DNA of 64,000 nucleotides from Atractiella rhizophila (GCA_021432655.1 MU271350.1:1-64000), one strand, 5' to 3'. Positions 13,578 through 27,536 are shown, counted from the first letter of the stretch. The notes: a model not told the origin generated them from the letters alone. Numbers and translations are program-made.

Positions 13578-13989
13578 TCTCGTACTAAAGACGGAGTTGT
13601 TTGAAATTGATTGGACTAAGGCTGTCGCGTAAAATGGTGATTGGAGCGTCGATAGAGCCAGGTAGTGAAGGAGGTTCGCTGCTTTTCGACCATCAAGTTG
13701 CGTTAGGAAGACCTGGGGTTGAACGCGTCAATCCGCTGACCAATTTGTGTGTTTTGCCGTCCATTGACGCTTTCCTTTCATTAACTTGAAGCATTGGCGT
13801 TTATTCGTCTAACCCCATAGCGTACATGAACATTCCAACAACGTTGGCAACATTGATGCGAGGTCGGCAGCGTAGCAGAGGTGCGACGCTCTCTTCTAGA
13901 AGAGGGTCCAAACCCCATTTTTCTCGTAGTAAGACAGCTTGGTGTCTAATCATAATTACTGCTTGAGTTTGCCAGTGGAGTAGCCGCTG

Positions 13990-16092
13990 ACGAGTAACGC
14001 GGAGTGCTCCAGGTTGCTTGACTTGCCGACAACGACGTGTGAAATGTGGCGAGGAGCAGCCAGTGTGTGCTAATTGCGGACGACTATACCTCAACTGTGT
14101 CTACGCAAAAGACCATGTAGCAGCACATCACACTGATCAGGACCGACCGTTGGATTCTTATCCCACGACCCCTTCTCACCCATCTCCTGAACAGAATTCT
14201 CAAACCACGTCGCAAACACAACCCCAGTATCTCTCCACATTCCGAGCAATGCCCTCTAGAGCTCCAAACAGGAGGACGCCCAAAGCCGAACTTTCCTCGA
14301 TTACGCCTCCACCAATTAACCAACCGGAAATCACATCAGGCACACCTTCGTCCTTGAATCAATCCAAATTGGAATTCACAAGCAACGAACTACATTCGTT
14401 CAGCAACGGCCCATCCAGTTAGCGGTGCAGGACGAAAAGTTTCATCCGACACTTTGTGGAAGTACTGGCGCCGACATCCAAAGCCATTGAGCCCAACAGG
14501 CGAACTTTTTGCTCGATTTGTTCCTAAAATCCCTCGCACTCTATGAAGGTGAGAGAAATTTTAACACCGTTTCTGTCTTGCCTGAACTTTGGGATAGGCC
14601 TCATGGCTTATGCCGCGCTCCATCTGAGCAGACAAATTGACCGACCGGATTTCCTTACTATCGCCCATTCTAAACACCAAAGGTCCATGATGCTTCTCGA
14701 GTATCCTTGGGACAGCTCTGCTGTCCACCTCAGCGTCGACATTATTCTTGCTACCTTGCTTGTTTACGCACTATGGGAGGTCAGTCACGGGACAACTTCA
14801 CAAACGATGGACCACATCTTCGACATGGCACGAGAGGCAGTGACCTCTACCAACCAGACCTTCGCGAGTTTACCCTCTACCGTGCAATCCTGTGCTATCA
14901 TTCTCGCTCGACTTTGCTTTACTTCCTCTTCCTTTGGAGCGCGAGTGCCAAAGTTCTTGCATTGGCTCCTGCAGTCGACTTTCGGACCTTCCCTTGGAGA
15001 TAACCTTAGTGTGACCCTTCCTTCCATGTATGTGGACTGGCTACGGTGAGCCCTGACAAAATCGTACGCCTCCTCCTTTCGCCACTTGCGCACTTGCGCG
15101 TTTCCACTTTCGTCGAGCGTGTTCTGGAACTGTGGCAACTTCTCTTTTGCCACAGGGATCTTAGCTCTAAAGCCTTACACCTGCAAGTGCGAGACTCACA
15201 CTTATTTGTTATCTCGCACTTCGCAGCGCTAATAAATTTGTCAAGCCCTCTTTCTATTTATTCAACGTGGATACAAGAGCTGCGGTGTAGGCTCTATCAA
15301 TTTGCTGCTCAGGTGTCAACGTTGGACCATGAACTGCAGGCCTTTCGAAGCTCTCTTGCTATTACGGAGCAATTTGACACAGCTATCGAAGGAGGTGTTG
15401 ATTCCAAGGGTCTAAAGGAATGAATTACAATGAAGTTATAATGGGCTTTTTATACCTTGAGGAACTTGGCAAAATGAGAGGAACGGCAAAGGGGAAAGAA
15501 AACTAGAGCCATAAATGACAGTGGCACGAATGCAGCTTAAAACGGTGCCAAACTCTGACAGGAGGCAGGGTGATCCTTCAACGCACAATCATTCAAGGAG
15601 CAACTGGATGGCGGCCATGATTTTTGTCTGTCGTATTGCATCGATGGCATTCCAGCCATTTTCGTCAACTTTAGCCCTGACCTGCTCAATCTCATGTACA
15701 AATCTGTTTTTGTCAATTCTCTCATCATTTACCTCACCCGGATTATCCACTGTCGACCCGAAAGTCATTACGGCTCCGAAATCGTAACAATCGGAGCGAC
15801 AATTGCTCAATCAGGCGAAGACCCTTCACATCATATCTTCCCTTGGTGTTTGCTTTTTGCATGGGTGGACGCTTCAAACCCACAAGATGTATGTCGTCTC
15901 TAACCAGCACTGATGACTACAAACTAAAAGTATCGCTGGATATCTGCATATTTTGATCGCATGGCTTCCGCTGGTTGGATTTCAACAAAAGCAAAGCTGC
16001 TCATGGAGCAAATCCGCGAGGAAAAAGCAAAATCAGGACGAACTCAGCTGCCAGAAACCATTTTACAGTCCCGGCATTTGGTTGCTTTGTGA
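13990..16092 (+). CDS. Zn(II)2Cys6 fungal transcription factor, possibly disrupted; start uncertain
   Basis: GCLTCRQRRVKCGEEQPVCANCGRLYLNCVY, followed by a fungal TF-like middle region (AYAALHLS..ILATLLVYALWE). Stop/frameshifts near 14420-14530; LTR insertion at 15054. Confidence 0.75.
15054..15243 (+). mobile_element. Solo LTR (family A, one internal repeat unit missing) inside the TF gene
   Basis: TGACA..TGTCA with perfect TSD agccc; opposite orientation to the other copies. Confidence 0.9.
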
Positions 16093-16332
16093 TTATGATC
16101 TGATTGTGACAAAGGCGCGCACATGGTGGTGACAAGCAATTTCAAGTCATTAAGCATTTCTCGAATCGGTGATGTTGTATCACGTTTTTTGTCGAGTTGA
16201 CCATTAGCTATGAAAGCTGTGAATGTGTAAGTAGTTCGGTGCAAGGTATGACGATTACGATTGTTACCAGAATCAGGAAAAAAGCCGGATGTTCGCATGG
16301 CTTCTAAGCTTTCAGTTTAGCCAAAATCCCAA

Positions 16333-16500
16333 TCTCCTTTCTCAACAGCACGGCGGGTTGTGAGCATGACTCACACATGGGTACTTTTGAGCGCTTATAT
16401 CACCACCCGTAACGACCGTTCAGAATCATACCACCAGATTCCGGAATACGCGCGTCGCGCCGTTCGAACCATATGCAGCAAAGCCTATTTGAAAGACGAA
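16333..16500 (+). mobile_element. Helitron 5'-end remnant
   Basis: catgactca..gtacttttgagc..gaatacgcg..ttcgaacc..aaagcctatttgaaagac matches 33619-33780. Confidence 0.7.
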
Positions 16501-17119
16501 CCAAATAAGACGAACCAAATAAACCGTAGCCGACCACTTCGGCTCCGTCGCAAGGTAAAACAGCCCCAGCCCTGTTTCACCAAAGTGGAATATCATTCTA
16601 TTCAACTCAATAGAATCGACACCTTGGAGGTAACGAATATTGCTCTCTGCAGCCGCTTTCAAACTGGGTGTGTAGCATTCAGATCGTCCGTGATAAGCGA
16701 TCGGCTCTCGCTTAGCTCGTCGCTAATGTTGCGTCATGAATCATGACCCCTGTCAAAAGTCTTTTCCTGAATTTCCCACACTTTCCTTGATTGTGCAACA
16801 AATGCGGACAAATATCTACGAAATTTCCGCATTTTTGGACTGACACGGCAACGCCTGCAGCAAAGCAAGTTCAGCTCTGGCTCAGTTGGGAAAAGTTGGA
16901 AAAATTAGGAATTTTCTGGGGGCTGAAAGGGGCTGGCAAGAAATCAATATTAATCAATGCTAATGTGAGCTTCTCTGTTGTTAAGCGCAGGGAGGAGGGG
17001 GTTAGTCGTTCTCCGGTACGCTTCCATTGCCAACGCTTTGGACTTCTTTCACTGATTCCCTCGTCGAAGGCTTTTCGCAATCTGTCAACTGAGTTTCAAC
17101 GATGTCATTTTTTATCAGT

Positions 17120-19524
17120 GGTACTAATCAGCTCCGCATCGCGTTTGATAACAGCCTTCAGAGACTTTGCCGCCAAGTAGAACTCTGGTCTCACAATGGT
17201 TTCTGGTAATATTTGAGCTTCGCTTGCATAAACTCAGTAAGTCTTTCTCTTTCTGCCAATAGTACTCTGCTGCAGCTGTGAGTAGGACATCTTGGACATT
17301 GATCCAGTTCACTGACAAAGCCCTTTCAGCTGGATCACCACGATACTATGTCCATTGTGGTCCAGATATAGTATAAAAATGGCACAGCTTCCTGTTAAGG
17401 TAGGTGTCCTCCATTCTATTTGCTAGCCTCTGACCTATGTTGTTTGCCGATATAAACCTCTTACGATCTCTCGTTCACGTTTGGCCACGGCACCCGCTTG
17501 CATCCTCCGCTATGGAGGTTTGCTGGGCTATGGGGAAACCTACGGTAAAAGTCGGTGCCGAAGTGTCACCGGACTTTTCCCTGACATTTCATCAGTTTTT
17601 TGATCCCGTCCACCTCACCAGCAACATCTCTCGTTGATGTTTAGGCCAAAGTTTTCCCGGCAAGTTCACGTTCGCATTCAAGGCTGGTATGGCTGATGCA
17701 GTGCACTTTTAGTCGGTATTCTTTATCTCATGCGCCACAAACCTGACAACTGCTTTCCCAGTCTTAAGGACTCCATTCTCAAGCTCTTTTAATGGACGCA
17801 TCCAGTTCTCCCAACCCCTCACCTATCTAAATCTCCCAAATGCATCGTCAATTCCTTATGACCTCCAACAGAGCATACAGCTTCTGCAAATTGGCCCAAC
17901 GGGAACGACAACTAACTGCAGCTCTCTTGCGATAGCGACATCCTGACGACTGCCACACCTTCTAACCCACATCCTTCCTCTTTTGCGTGGGGAATGGCCT
18001 GTGCTGTTTCTTGCCATCGACTTCAATTGCACCTCTTCGCGTGGTGGAAGGTGGGAAGGTTACTCTGAGGGTTGCTTGATATTAACGAACACTTGAGGGG
18101 AGTGCGCATCCCTATATCATAGCTATGTTTCGTGTGACGGTTTCTGATTCGATGTGCTGAACAGGAATCCGCCATTCACCTCCACTGGGACTTCTTTCCA
18201 ATCGTATCTGTGTCACTCGTCCCACGATTTACCGCCGCGTTCACAACCGTATGCCGACACCATCAGATCAAGGAACTCCCATCACAGGGCAGACAATGAT
18301 GCCACATGTCTTACGAGCACAAGTACGAGAATGTGAGCGCCATCAGCGGCAGATCAGCACGACTTTATTATCCTCATGGCAGCCTACAAAGAAGCCTGGC
18401 GAACAAGTACGTTTGATGACAAACTTAGACGGTATCGTAATTCGGTGCCACAAATGAGCCGAAGCCTCTGATAGCCAGTAAAGACGTAAGGTGGGCTAGA
18501 GGAGTATCAGAGGTCAAGATGATGTGAAGAACCTGCTTTAGTTGCATAGATAGTAACAGGCGCGCATATGGTGACTTTTGGACACTGGTACATGAAATTT
18601 TATGAAGCAGTTATATCCATTACACGTTATGAAGACAATGTACTGACAAATGTATTAGCACTGCGAAGTGCGAGATAACAATGAGTATCTGTTGCATTCA
18701 GTATGTAAGGGAACTACATTACCTGCGAAGTGCGAGATAACAAATAAGTGTGAGTCTCGCACTTGCAGGTGAAAGGCTTTTATAGCTAAGATCCCTGTGG
18801 CAAAAGAGAAGTTGCCACAGTTCCAGAACACGCTCGACGAAAGTGGAAACGCGCAAGTGCGCAAGTGGCGAAAGGAGGAGGCGCACGATTCTGTCAACTT
18901 GCATATGTGTGGTAATAAGCTATAAGATTGTCCTTCATTTCATGATTCGTGAGGTTCCCCTTCAGGACAAAGTCACATCCAGCAACTGTTGCCTCTTTCT
19001 GGTTGATTTCACGAAGTGAAGGCGGCTCACCTAGCATGACTCGCCATGACTCCCAAACGGACAAATGATTTCCTTCCGTATGGGAGTCATGTTTCGTGCT
19101 GTGATCCAGGGCTGCTATAATACACAGCAACACAAGTTGCACTTCTCCTAACGTTTTCATCCAGACTCCTTGGACAGGCAAAAACTGTCCCTGGTAATCT
19201 CATAAGAGGCCACTTTCAAAAAACTAGAAATCACAAGGACCTTTCACAGGTATTGTACAAATTCTGGAGCCAGGCCGTGTCTTGTCCGTGGCTGTCCCGC
19301 GACGCCAAGAAATCATCCTCCATTTCTCCCTGTTCCTCCATATCTCTAGCAGAGATGTCTTCTTGCCCTATGCCTCCCATCATAGCCTGATCTGCTTCTC
19401 GATCTGCTTCTCGATACAGAGCATGGCGGTTATAGGAGCTTTTGCCAACTCTTCTCCATTCTCCCCCGCAATATTTCGTGCAGTTACACTCCCAAATATT
19501 GTTCTCGCCATCTCCTTTGGCCAT
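17120..19524 (-). pseudogene. Decayed putative transposase of the 5.6-kb element
   Basis: N-terminal CNCTKYCGG..VGKSSYNRH resembles the N-termini of fungal Tnp2-type transposases; the remainder has many stops and an LTR insertion. Confidence 0.5.
18644..18896 (-). mobile_element. LTR (family A) nested in the transposase remnant; no 5-bp TSD
   Basis: TGACA..TGTCA; near-identical to the 13313 copy. Confidence 0.88.
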
Positions 19525-19679
19525 CACAGGTTTTGGGGTAGATTTAGAGCAGTTGGAAGGACTCAATGGCGCAGAATTATGGGACTCACGTACATACATC
19601 AACTTCATTCTTCTTCCACGACGACCTGCATATTTCCTCACTATTTTTCCTTACTAATTTACGGCAGCACCTCTTTAAT

Positions 19680-22100
19680 ATGTCTTCAAAACGTTCCTAC
19701 AACTATGACGAGTCCGATGACGATATGGGGACTTGTCCGTTCAGGATATTCATGAAGCCCGTCCATCCTTTCTTCCACAGTCCTTCTAATGATATCCATC
19801 TGATGAATCTGTGGCCAGAGTCTGATGTTGACCCATATGAACACCTTACAATGCTCCCTCCGTCAACTGGTCTGTCACGGCACACGCAGAGGCGTGATGT
19901 TTCTCATACACCTTCCTCCCGACCTTCAGTCCCTCCGCAAAGTCGAAATCCCTTCTCTGAGCTTTCTGAACGAGACTGGCTGAAGATTCAACAGGCGGAT
20001 GAACATGCTTTAATGAAGTCAGGAAACTCCGTTTATCTTGGGTTGAAAAAAGAGGTTGAAAGGCTCAGAAGCCTTAATGAGTCCCTTCAGTGCATGTTCC
20101 TTGCTTTTATCCTGCAGGCTATAAGGCAACAAGTGTCACTTAGGTTGGCTGTGTGCAATCTTTCTTCGAGTGTCACACCAGCAAACAAACCTCAATCTGC
20201 TCCTACCCAGTCTACCAGCTCTCAACAGTTTATCATACCCGAGGAATATGAACAGTATACTCTTCCCCGGTCAGCTCAGAAAAGGCCATCTCACAGTCTC
20301 CTGTTCACTCGTGAGGAGTTCAAGAAGTGGAGATCCCAGTTTCAGAAACTTTCTGCTGAGGGCAGAACCGGGAAGAAGTACGAATGGTTGAGGGACTTCA
20401 ATGGCGTGGAAGTTCCTCAAGAACGCGTGATGGACATCAAACGAGAAGCTCGCGAGATTCTGGATGCCATGTATGATGGACCATTCTCCATTCTCATCGC
20501 ATCTGAGGCGTTGCTGTGCTCGAAAGCAAGTTTCCTGAGCTAACGCAGTGTCAAGGACAAGCCATGGCAGATCACATCCTCGCTGAATGCAGACATCGAC
20601 AATTAGAACGTTACAGAGCTGGTGATCGGCGTCGCGAGAAGCGACTGAAGGTCGAGGAAGATGCGGGGAAGGTACTTGGAGAAGAAGGATCCCTCTCTCC
20701 ACCAGCTCTGTCTTTGACTCAGCATTTAACTCCCTCTGCGACAGGAAAGGAGCGAAGAGCAGAGAATCGAAGTTATGCAAAGAAGAATGCAAGCTCTATT
20801 TCAGGATCAAAGCCCGTATTCTTTTCCTTTTACTTTTCACGAAGCTGATAGACTGAGCAGCTTCACCGATATTCCGATCCACCCTTCGTTGCAGAGTTCA
20901 GGATACCCCAGTGGTATGATACTCTCTTCAAGATGTGACATAAACACTTACCTCTTTGTTTAGACCGCGTACCAACTGGGTCCAGCGTCACGGATGCTCG
21001 TGGAGAGCTGCCAAAAACAAGAAATGACGTAGAGAATAGTATGTTCTTTCCAAACTTGTCCCTCGTTTCTAATGTTGCACTTGCACATCACATTGGTGCA
21101 TTTACTGATAAACAATTACCCATAGACACCAATCTCAACATCACCCGACCAGCTCATACTCCGTTTCGCGCAAACAACTCCAGCGCCGCTGATTCTACGA
21201 CTTCAAAAATCACAGAGGAACTCAGCATTCAAGTTGGCGCAGGCATATCGGTCAACGTCCCCCGTATGTTCTTTCTGTTCCTGACGTGTTGATTTCTTAA
21301 CAACCGATGCTTCAACTGCTCCTTCAGACAGCCCATTGTTGTCTCATTTAGATGCTCTTCCGGTTGCCGAAACCACCAACGTCTGCGTTGTCCAGCCTGA
21401 CTGCTTTGCGGCTGACAGCCCTCGTACTGGCCCAGGTGCTGTACCGGTACGCCAACTCGACGAAACAACAGAGCGTAACGGCACAGCAGTGAGTTACCCA
21501 GGAGCCGATGTGCGAGAAAGCAACGCGGTGGATAGCGTGGACTTGCCAGGTCTGTACTCCACGGTTATTTCCTATGATTCTCGCTAAGTGTAGGTGCCAG
21601 CGACAAACGTGAAGCCGTACGCTGAAAGGACAGCTTTACCACCTCGCACGTTTACACCTGTTGCGGTAAGCTATTGCTGCTTCCTCAATGTACGCAAAGC
21701 TTGTCTGAAAAGTGGCAGGCACCGCTCCATATTGGACACTTGCCAGCGACAAAAGGAGCTACGACTAAGCGTATCCTGGGAGGAAGGTGTGTCAACAGCC
21801 TGCTGGCAATTCTGTGTAACTGAAACATGCATTTCACATATAGGGAGATGTACGAGCGGTTTTGGATGGAGCAATGTGAGCAAGAGCGTGCTGCAGGCAA
21901 ATTGGTAGCAGAACCAGATTTCAAGAAGGAGTATACACAGCTTTCACAAGCTGAAAAAGCGGTCTGTATCTCGTTCAATACAACAAGTTTGTGCTTTGCT
22001 AAACTCAATGGGGCAGGACTGGAACCGGCGATGGAAGGAACAATCGGCATCGACTCAGACAGCAGCAGCAAAGCCATCGGGCTCATCGACAACATTGTGA
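19680..22100 (+). CDS. Multi-exon accessory gene of the 5.6-kb element, with a C-terminal HMG-box-like segment
   Basis: MSSKRSYNYDESDDD start; many GT/GC-AG intron-like breaks; MYERFWMEQ..DFKKEYTQLSQAEKA; 3' end approximate. Confidence 0.5.
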
Positions 22101-23559
22101 GGTTGAAGTTCAGAACGGTGCAGGAGGGTGCAGGAGGAGGAGAAGGAGTAGGTGCAGGTGCGAGGGGCAACGGGATCGGCAGATGTTAAAACGCTGCAAA
22201 TTTGGGAAAATAATGGAAATTCCTGTTTTTGTGCCCATCAACAGTCTCTCGCGTGTCTGAAAAACTGCAAAAAAATCCGTAACCTGACCCAAATTTTGCG
22301 AGTTTTCCATCACACCGAAAAAGTAGGGAAAATGCTGGTAAATCTTGTCAAAAGCCGGAAAGCATTTTTGACAGGGCATGACCCACGAGCTCGATGTTTT
22401 TTACGCATTAAAATAGCCAAGTGTTTAACCCCAGAACTGAATCTGAGTGAATGCCTCTCTGTTATATAGTTAATAGCAAGGCGTTGATAACCGGCTGAAG
22501 ACTGAGGGTACGTAAGCTACGCCTGTGTGCCTTGTGTTTGTTCGGGTAGAACACAAACTATGTCTAGCCGAGCTTGGGCTGCTGGCCTAAATCTTCTGCC
22601 TAACAGCCACGCCAAACTAACGAAAGAGCCGTTGGCCTTTCGAACGACTATCCGCGAGGTTCTTATCAGGAATCAGCCCGTTGCAGCCTTTCATGTTCGA
22701 TTATTGAATGCTAATAGTTTAAACATAACTGGCCACCTCACAATCACTGGTGCCCAATGAAGTAATTAACACCTGTGCTTTCGCTCGCCGAGTGACATTG
22801 ATGTGTTAGGAAGATGATCACCAATAATCAAAGAAACCCACTAACCACTAACCTGGATTTTTGGTTTAGCGTAAGCTGGATGACTTCGACCCAACCCATC
22901 CATGACCATATGACCATGATATGTCTGTTTGATTCAACCCAAGCTACTATGTCGGGTCAGATATTCTGGAACTGCTAACAACCTCCTTTTGCTGCAGTGG
23001 CCTCTTACTGCATAAACGCCATAAATGCAAGTGCAAGGATCCGGATTCTTACTTCGTGACCTCGCGCTTGCTGGTAATGTAGTTTCTTCTTGTATCTCCA
23101 TCTCCCACATATTATGCTTCCTAACTTCGTGTCTTCATTGTCCCACCAAAAAACCTGATGCGATTGGGCTCAGAACGAAACTTTGGAAGAACGACGGCTA
23201 TTATGCCCTTTTGCCCCCGTAAACTCTGAGCTTTCCATCCTTTAGTCGACCAAGCTGGAGTTTGAAGTTTTATGTTGATCAATTACATCGAAGAAACAGA
23301 ACTTAACGTCTGGTCACTGAAACACGCAATATGACATTGACACAAAAGGGTGGAGGTAGCCGCATTCATAAATCCTCCATCAAGCACATTCAAGGTTGCT
23401 GTTGGTTCTGGTAAAATCATGCTCCACATCCTGGCACATCCTTTTGTTGACTTGCCCAGGCTGCCCCTAGAATGACGCTCTAATTAGGGTCCAGTCCAGT
23501 CCACGTGCCAGAAGAATCATCCTTACATTCAGCCTGATTTCGAAGGGAATACCCACCGG

Positions 23560-24850
23560 CCATATTTCTTGGAAGGATGGCTGATTAGGTCGTGCTCCGA
23601 CAATTAGGGTAACAATGCTATGTAGGGTCAAAAAAAAGATTTAGACAGACGATAGAAATTCGCTTACCCGTATAAGTAAACGCTGGGGGTCATAAGGAGA
23701 ACTAGTCCCAACGATTAATAAATGGTGAATGTAGGAAGTGAACGTAGGAAGTACCTGCGATGTGGTATGTGGTTTCTGGAAAAGAGAGCAAGAGAACGAG
23801 TTCAAGAAGATGAAGGGAAGCGATGACAATGTTTGGCAAGGTGGCAAAGCAAATTAACTGTGGAGGAGCGTGAGCATCATGCCAGTCTCCCAGAGGAGAA
23901 AGATGAACACGAAAGATGGTCACATTGTTGGTCTGGCAGATCCCTCAACTCAATGCGGATCATAGAGAAGAGGAGGCTTACAGACAAATTGCTGTCACCT
24001 CTCACCAAGCAGTGCTTCCTGAGAGCAAGAACAAAGAAAAAGCACAGAATACAGTCCAGCTTCAGCCGATACCGTGAGTTCGACCGAAGCGCCTTAAAAC
24101 GTGCTCACTACATCATCATCAAAATGATCGAACACTCACTTGGAATCATCAAAGGTATCCACTTGTCGCCTTTCGTCCCAGTTAAGGCATCAATGTTACC
24201 AAAAAATAAAAGTAAACGACAGACTCGGCTTCGTGATGGAAATATAGCCAGCTACATGCCTTGAAGTCAAAATGGGGGAAATGTGGCAGAGAAGAAGACA
24301 ACTGAGTTATAAGTGCGGCCACGTAGTGGAAGATCGAGAGAAGCACTGCAGTTATGAGAGCAGTAGTCCAAAGGGTAATATGTTTGGAACCTCCTCCTTT
24401 CCTGATAGAATAGATTCGACGTGCATAGAGGAGGTGAGAGCTGACAGCTACAAGGGGACCAGTTACTTGCCTGGAACACATGATATTGACAAAAGCGGTT
24501 CCAGGAGAGAAAGACGAACAGTGCTATGATAGAGTGATCCGGCCAACTGAACCCTTTATCAGTCTCGTGAGACAGAATGAACAAAAACCCTTACAGGAAA
24601 CCCATACTGCCATGCGAGACGGTGTCTCGAATGAACCTTGCGAACCAAACAATCTTGGCGACACTGTAGCACGGTATCATTGCTCAGAATTGCCTAACCG
24701 AACAGTACGAACGTGTCACTGATGTCGAGGATGAACATCATGCACAGCTCCACCTTGATGATACTATGCTGTTCCAATAGCTGTCAGCTCGACAGTACTT
24801 ATGCTAAGGAGTGAACTTACTGGTTGTCGCTTTGCGCTGATGATGCGGAA
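23560..24850 (-). pseudogene. Multi-pass membrane protein remnant (possibly DUF6534-like)
   Basis: Hydrophobic helices LLYARRIYSI..TTALITAVLLSIFH and FATLPNIVIASLHLLELVLLLSFPET; stops present; boundaries approximate. Confidence 0.4.
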
Positions 24851-25177
24851 GCAGCGATAAAACTACGTTGTCCCCAATGATAGTGGTTCAGGCTGGAAAG
24901 GAGAATATACAACAAACATCATACCTGAAGGATTCCTATCCCCCAAAGAACAAATGCAACAATCATAGAGACAAGGGTAGGACAAAGAGTCTTTCCGCAA
25001 AAGCTTCCCTCGAAGTCGTCAGACGGCTGCGTTTCCATCCTGGAGTCCTCATCGAAGTGCGAAACGTTTCTCCAGTGCGAGGCGTTTGTTCAGTGCGAGA
25101 CGTTCCAGCTTCTCGCTCGTTTTATGCTTGACGAGATAACTTTCGAAGAATAAGTTGAGTCAATCCGCGATTCCTGA

Positions 25178-25395
25178 TGGATAAGGTCATCTCGGTGGAT
25201 GGGATAGATGAAACTACTCCAATTCAAACGGCATTCGCATGAACAAGCTTGGATGAAAACGATCATTCTTAATGCATCTGCTGGATGAACGCCTATTGCT
25301 GCGGTCAAACTTTGTTTAGAAATGTGCCGAATCCAAGGAGCAATTTCTTAGCCATTCAGGTTAGAGATGTTTCTGAATGGTTTTCCCTCGTAGGG
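25178..25395. repeat. Copy of the unclassified repeat, near-identical to 11215-11438
   Basis: Direct sequence match. Confidence 0.85.
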
Positions 25396-26459
25396 TATGA
25401 AGAAAAATCTTGTCAGACGTGAGTCGGAATAGAAAATAATGTCAAATGGAAACCAGAAAGATGGAGATGACAAAGCGAATAATTGTCTTCGTTGGCGATT
25501 CGGTATTGGTTATCTGCACAAAGTCTGGGACCCTTGAGCCAGCTGCGCTAATGAGTGTGAAATTCTCCACATAGTAAGGCAAATCAAAAACTTCGTGACT
25601 GTGTCCGTAAAAGAGGTGATATATCCTTGATATCGAGATCTTTAACGTTTCAATGGCGGATGGGATGAGTGTCATGATCCTTTGCAGCATCAAAAGTGAA
25701 TCTTTCAAATCGCTCTTTGTACATGTTAATGGATGTGGCGATGGTGACTTCAAAGACTGTAAGAGCAGGAAAAACTAGAACTGGTAAGAGCAGGGCGGCG
25801 GGTCAACCCGCGTCGTACGATGAGGTTCCATTGAAGCGTTCTGTTTGAAAGCCACCGAGTGTTAGCTTTTTGACCAGCAGCGCAGCAGTCATTTCCCTAG
25901 TCGAAGCGTGTTGGCGGCTCCTTGAAGGATTGCGGAGCCCGTAGTGTTCGAACGATGAGTCTGCGTAGCAAAACTCTCTATGAAGCCGAACTAACCATCA
26001 CATTATCGACGCAGACAAGACATTACTTGAACACAGCCGTCCATACCTGACAAACTAGGGAGTACGATTTTAGTGATTCCACCACGTTTTCCCGTGTTTT
26101 GTTGGCAAATTGCATACTGAAAGATCATAGACAAGACCTCCGGTGGGATTTTGGTGGACGCTGAGATGATCTCAAATGCACTGGTAATGACATGCTGGCG
26201 CTGGTAGTTAGGCGCGTGCCAGAGCGGGCTCGTTATTTAAAGGGCCACCTACAGAAAGGAATTAAAGCACGTCCGTGTATGTTTGGGATGGTGAAGAATA
26301 ATTTGGAGCAACAGATAGGACAAGACAGACTGTTCGAACAGTTCAAACGAAGGGTACACTTTCAATCTTAGTTGAACAGCGGTCACGGTGTCCGGTTCAG
26401 CAATGACTCCGACCCAGTCCATCCTTGAAATGTCCGTTTGATTCGGCTCATTTATCAAA

Positions 26460-26665
26460 CAATTTGATCCTCAGAAATAGGCGTTCATCCAGCGGATGCA
26501 TTAAGAATGACAGTTTTCATCTGCACTTGTGACAATGGCCGTTCAAAATGGGGGTAGTTTCATCCATCCCATGCACCGACATGACCTTATCCATCAGAAA
26601 TGACCGATCATTCGATCCAACGAATTTCTTCGAATGGCCTAAGTCACAGTTGTCAATATTCGTGC
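26460..26665. repeat. Inverted copy of the unclassified repeat
   Basis: Reverse complement of the unit: aataggcgttcatccagc..atgaccttatcca..cttcgaatggcctaag. Confidence 0.8.
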
Positions 26666-27536
26666 GTCTCGTTTGCGACGTGAGAAGTTTGCCTTTGAAC
26701 TCTCCGGGGACAATGAGTCCCTTGCAAAGGCCCGTAAGTGACTCAGGTTGCCGGTTAAGCGTCAACCCCGCTAAGCTGTATTTACATGATCTCGTTAGAT
26801 TCTAGGCGTTCTCCTCTCGCCTCAGCCCCCTCTCCCCACCGGTAGTTATTTGTTGGTCTTGAAATTCTCTAATTTTTTTGCCTTGCCCATATTAAGACGT
26901 ATTTGTCATCTACTCGCTGAGAGATTATGAAACGACACAATCGCATGACCTCCTCTCGGATGGCGTTCTGCATCATTTTCATCGATATCTCTGCGTAAAT
27001 GACTTTCCCGATGGATGTTGTGAAGGGATCGCAAAACAAGGAGAAATGTTTTCATTTCCTTTTCTCGGCTACGGACGCAGAGGCCGCAGTAGTTAGAAGG
27101 ATCCGAAAAGGTCTAGCAGTGAAAGGGCAGAGGAAGAAAGACTGAATGTGAGCCTGAAATGAAGGTTACTCATTGCAAATTGCCTTGAGCTCGCTTGTAA
27201 TATTTATCGTCCAACGTCATCAGAGATTAAATTGATGAAATTTTGATCAAGTGTTATCAAAAGGGGTTCATTTATGGTCCATCTGATCTAAACGCAGTTT
27301 GCGATACTGAACTACTGTTCACTATTCAAGGTCAAGGCTATCATCTCTCTAGCTTCGAATCATGCCCCAGGCAGGTTCTGGGACTGCTATGATTGTCGAT
27401 GTAATGATGATGATGAAATCATATTCTACATCTTTTGCGACTTATAAAGGCATGAAACTGGAAACTGCTCATAAAGGCGAGAGGAGCATCGACAGATGGC
27501 AGCTCCTCTTTTTCCTCCCTATTATACCCTAGTCGA

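Larger units (their letters stand above)
16748..22376. mobile_element. 5.6-kb TIR DNA transposon, CMC/CACTA-like (CCCTG termini), 6-bp TSD
   Basis: TIR CCCTGTCAAAA / TTTTGACAGGG (imperfect to ~20 bp); catgac duplicated at 16742-16747 and 22377-22382. Confidence 0.8.
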
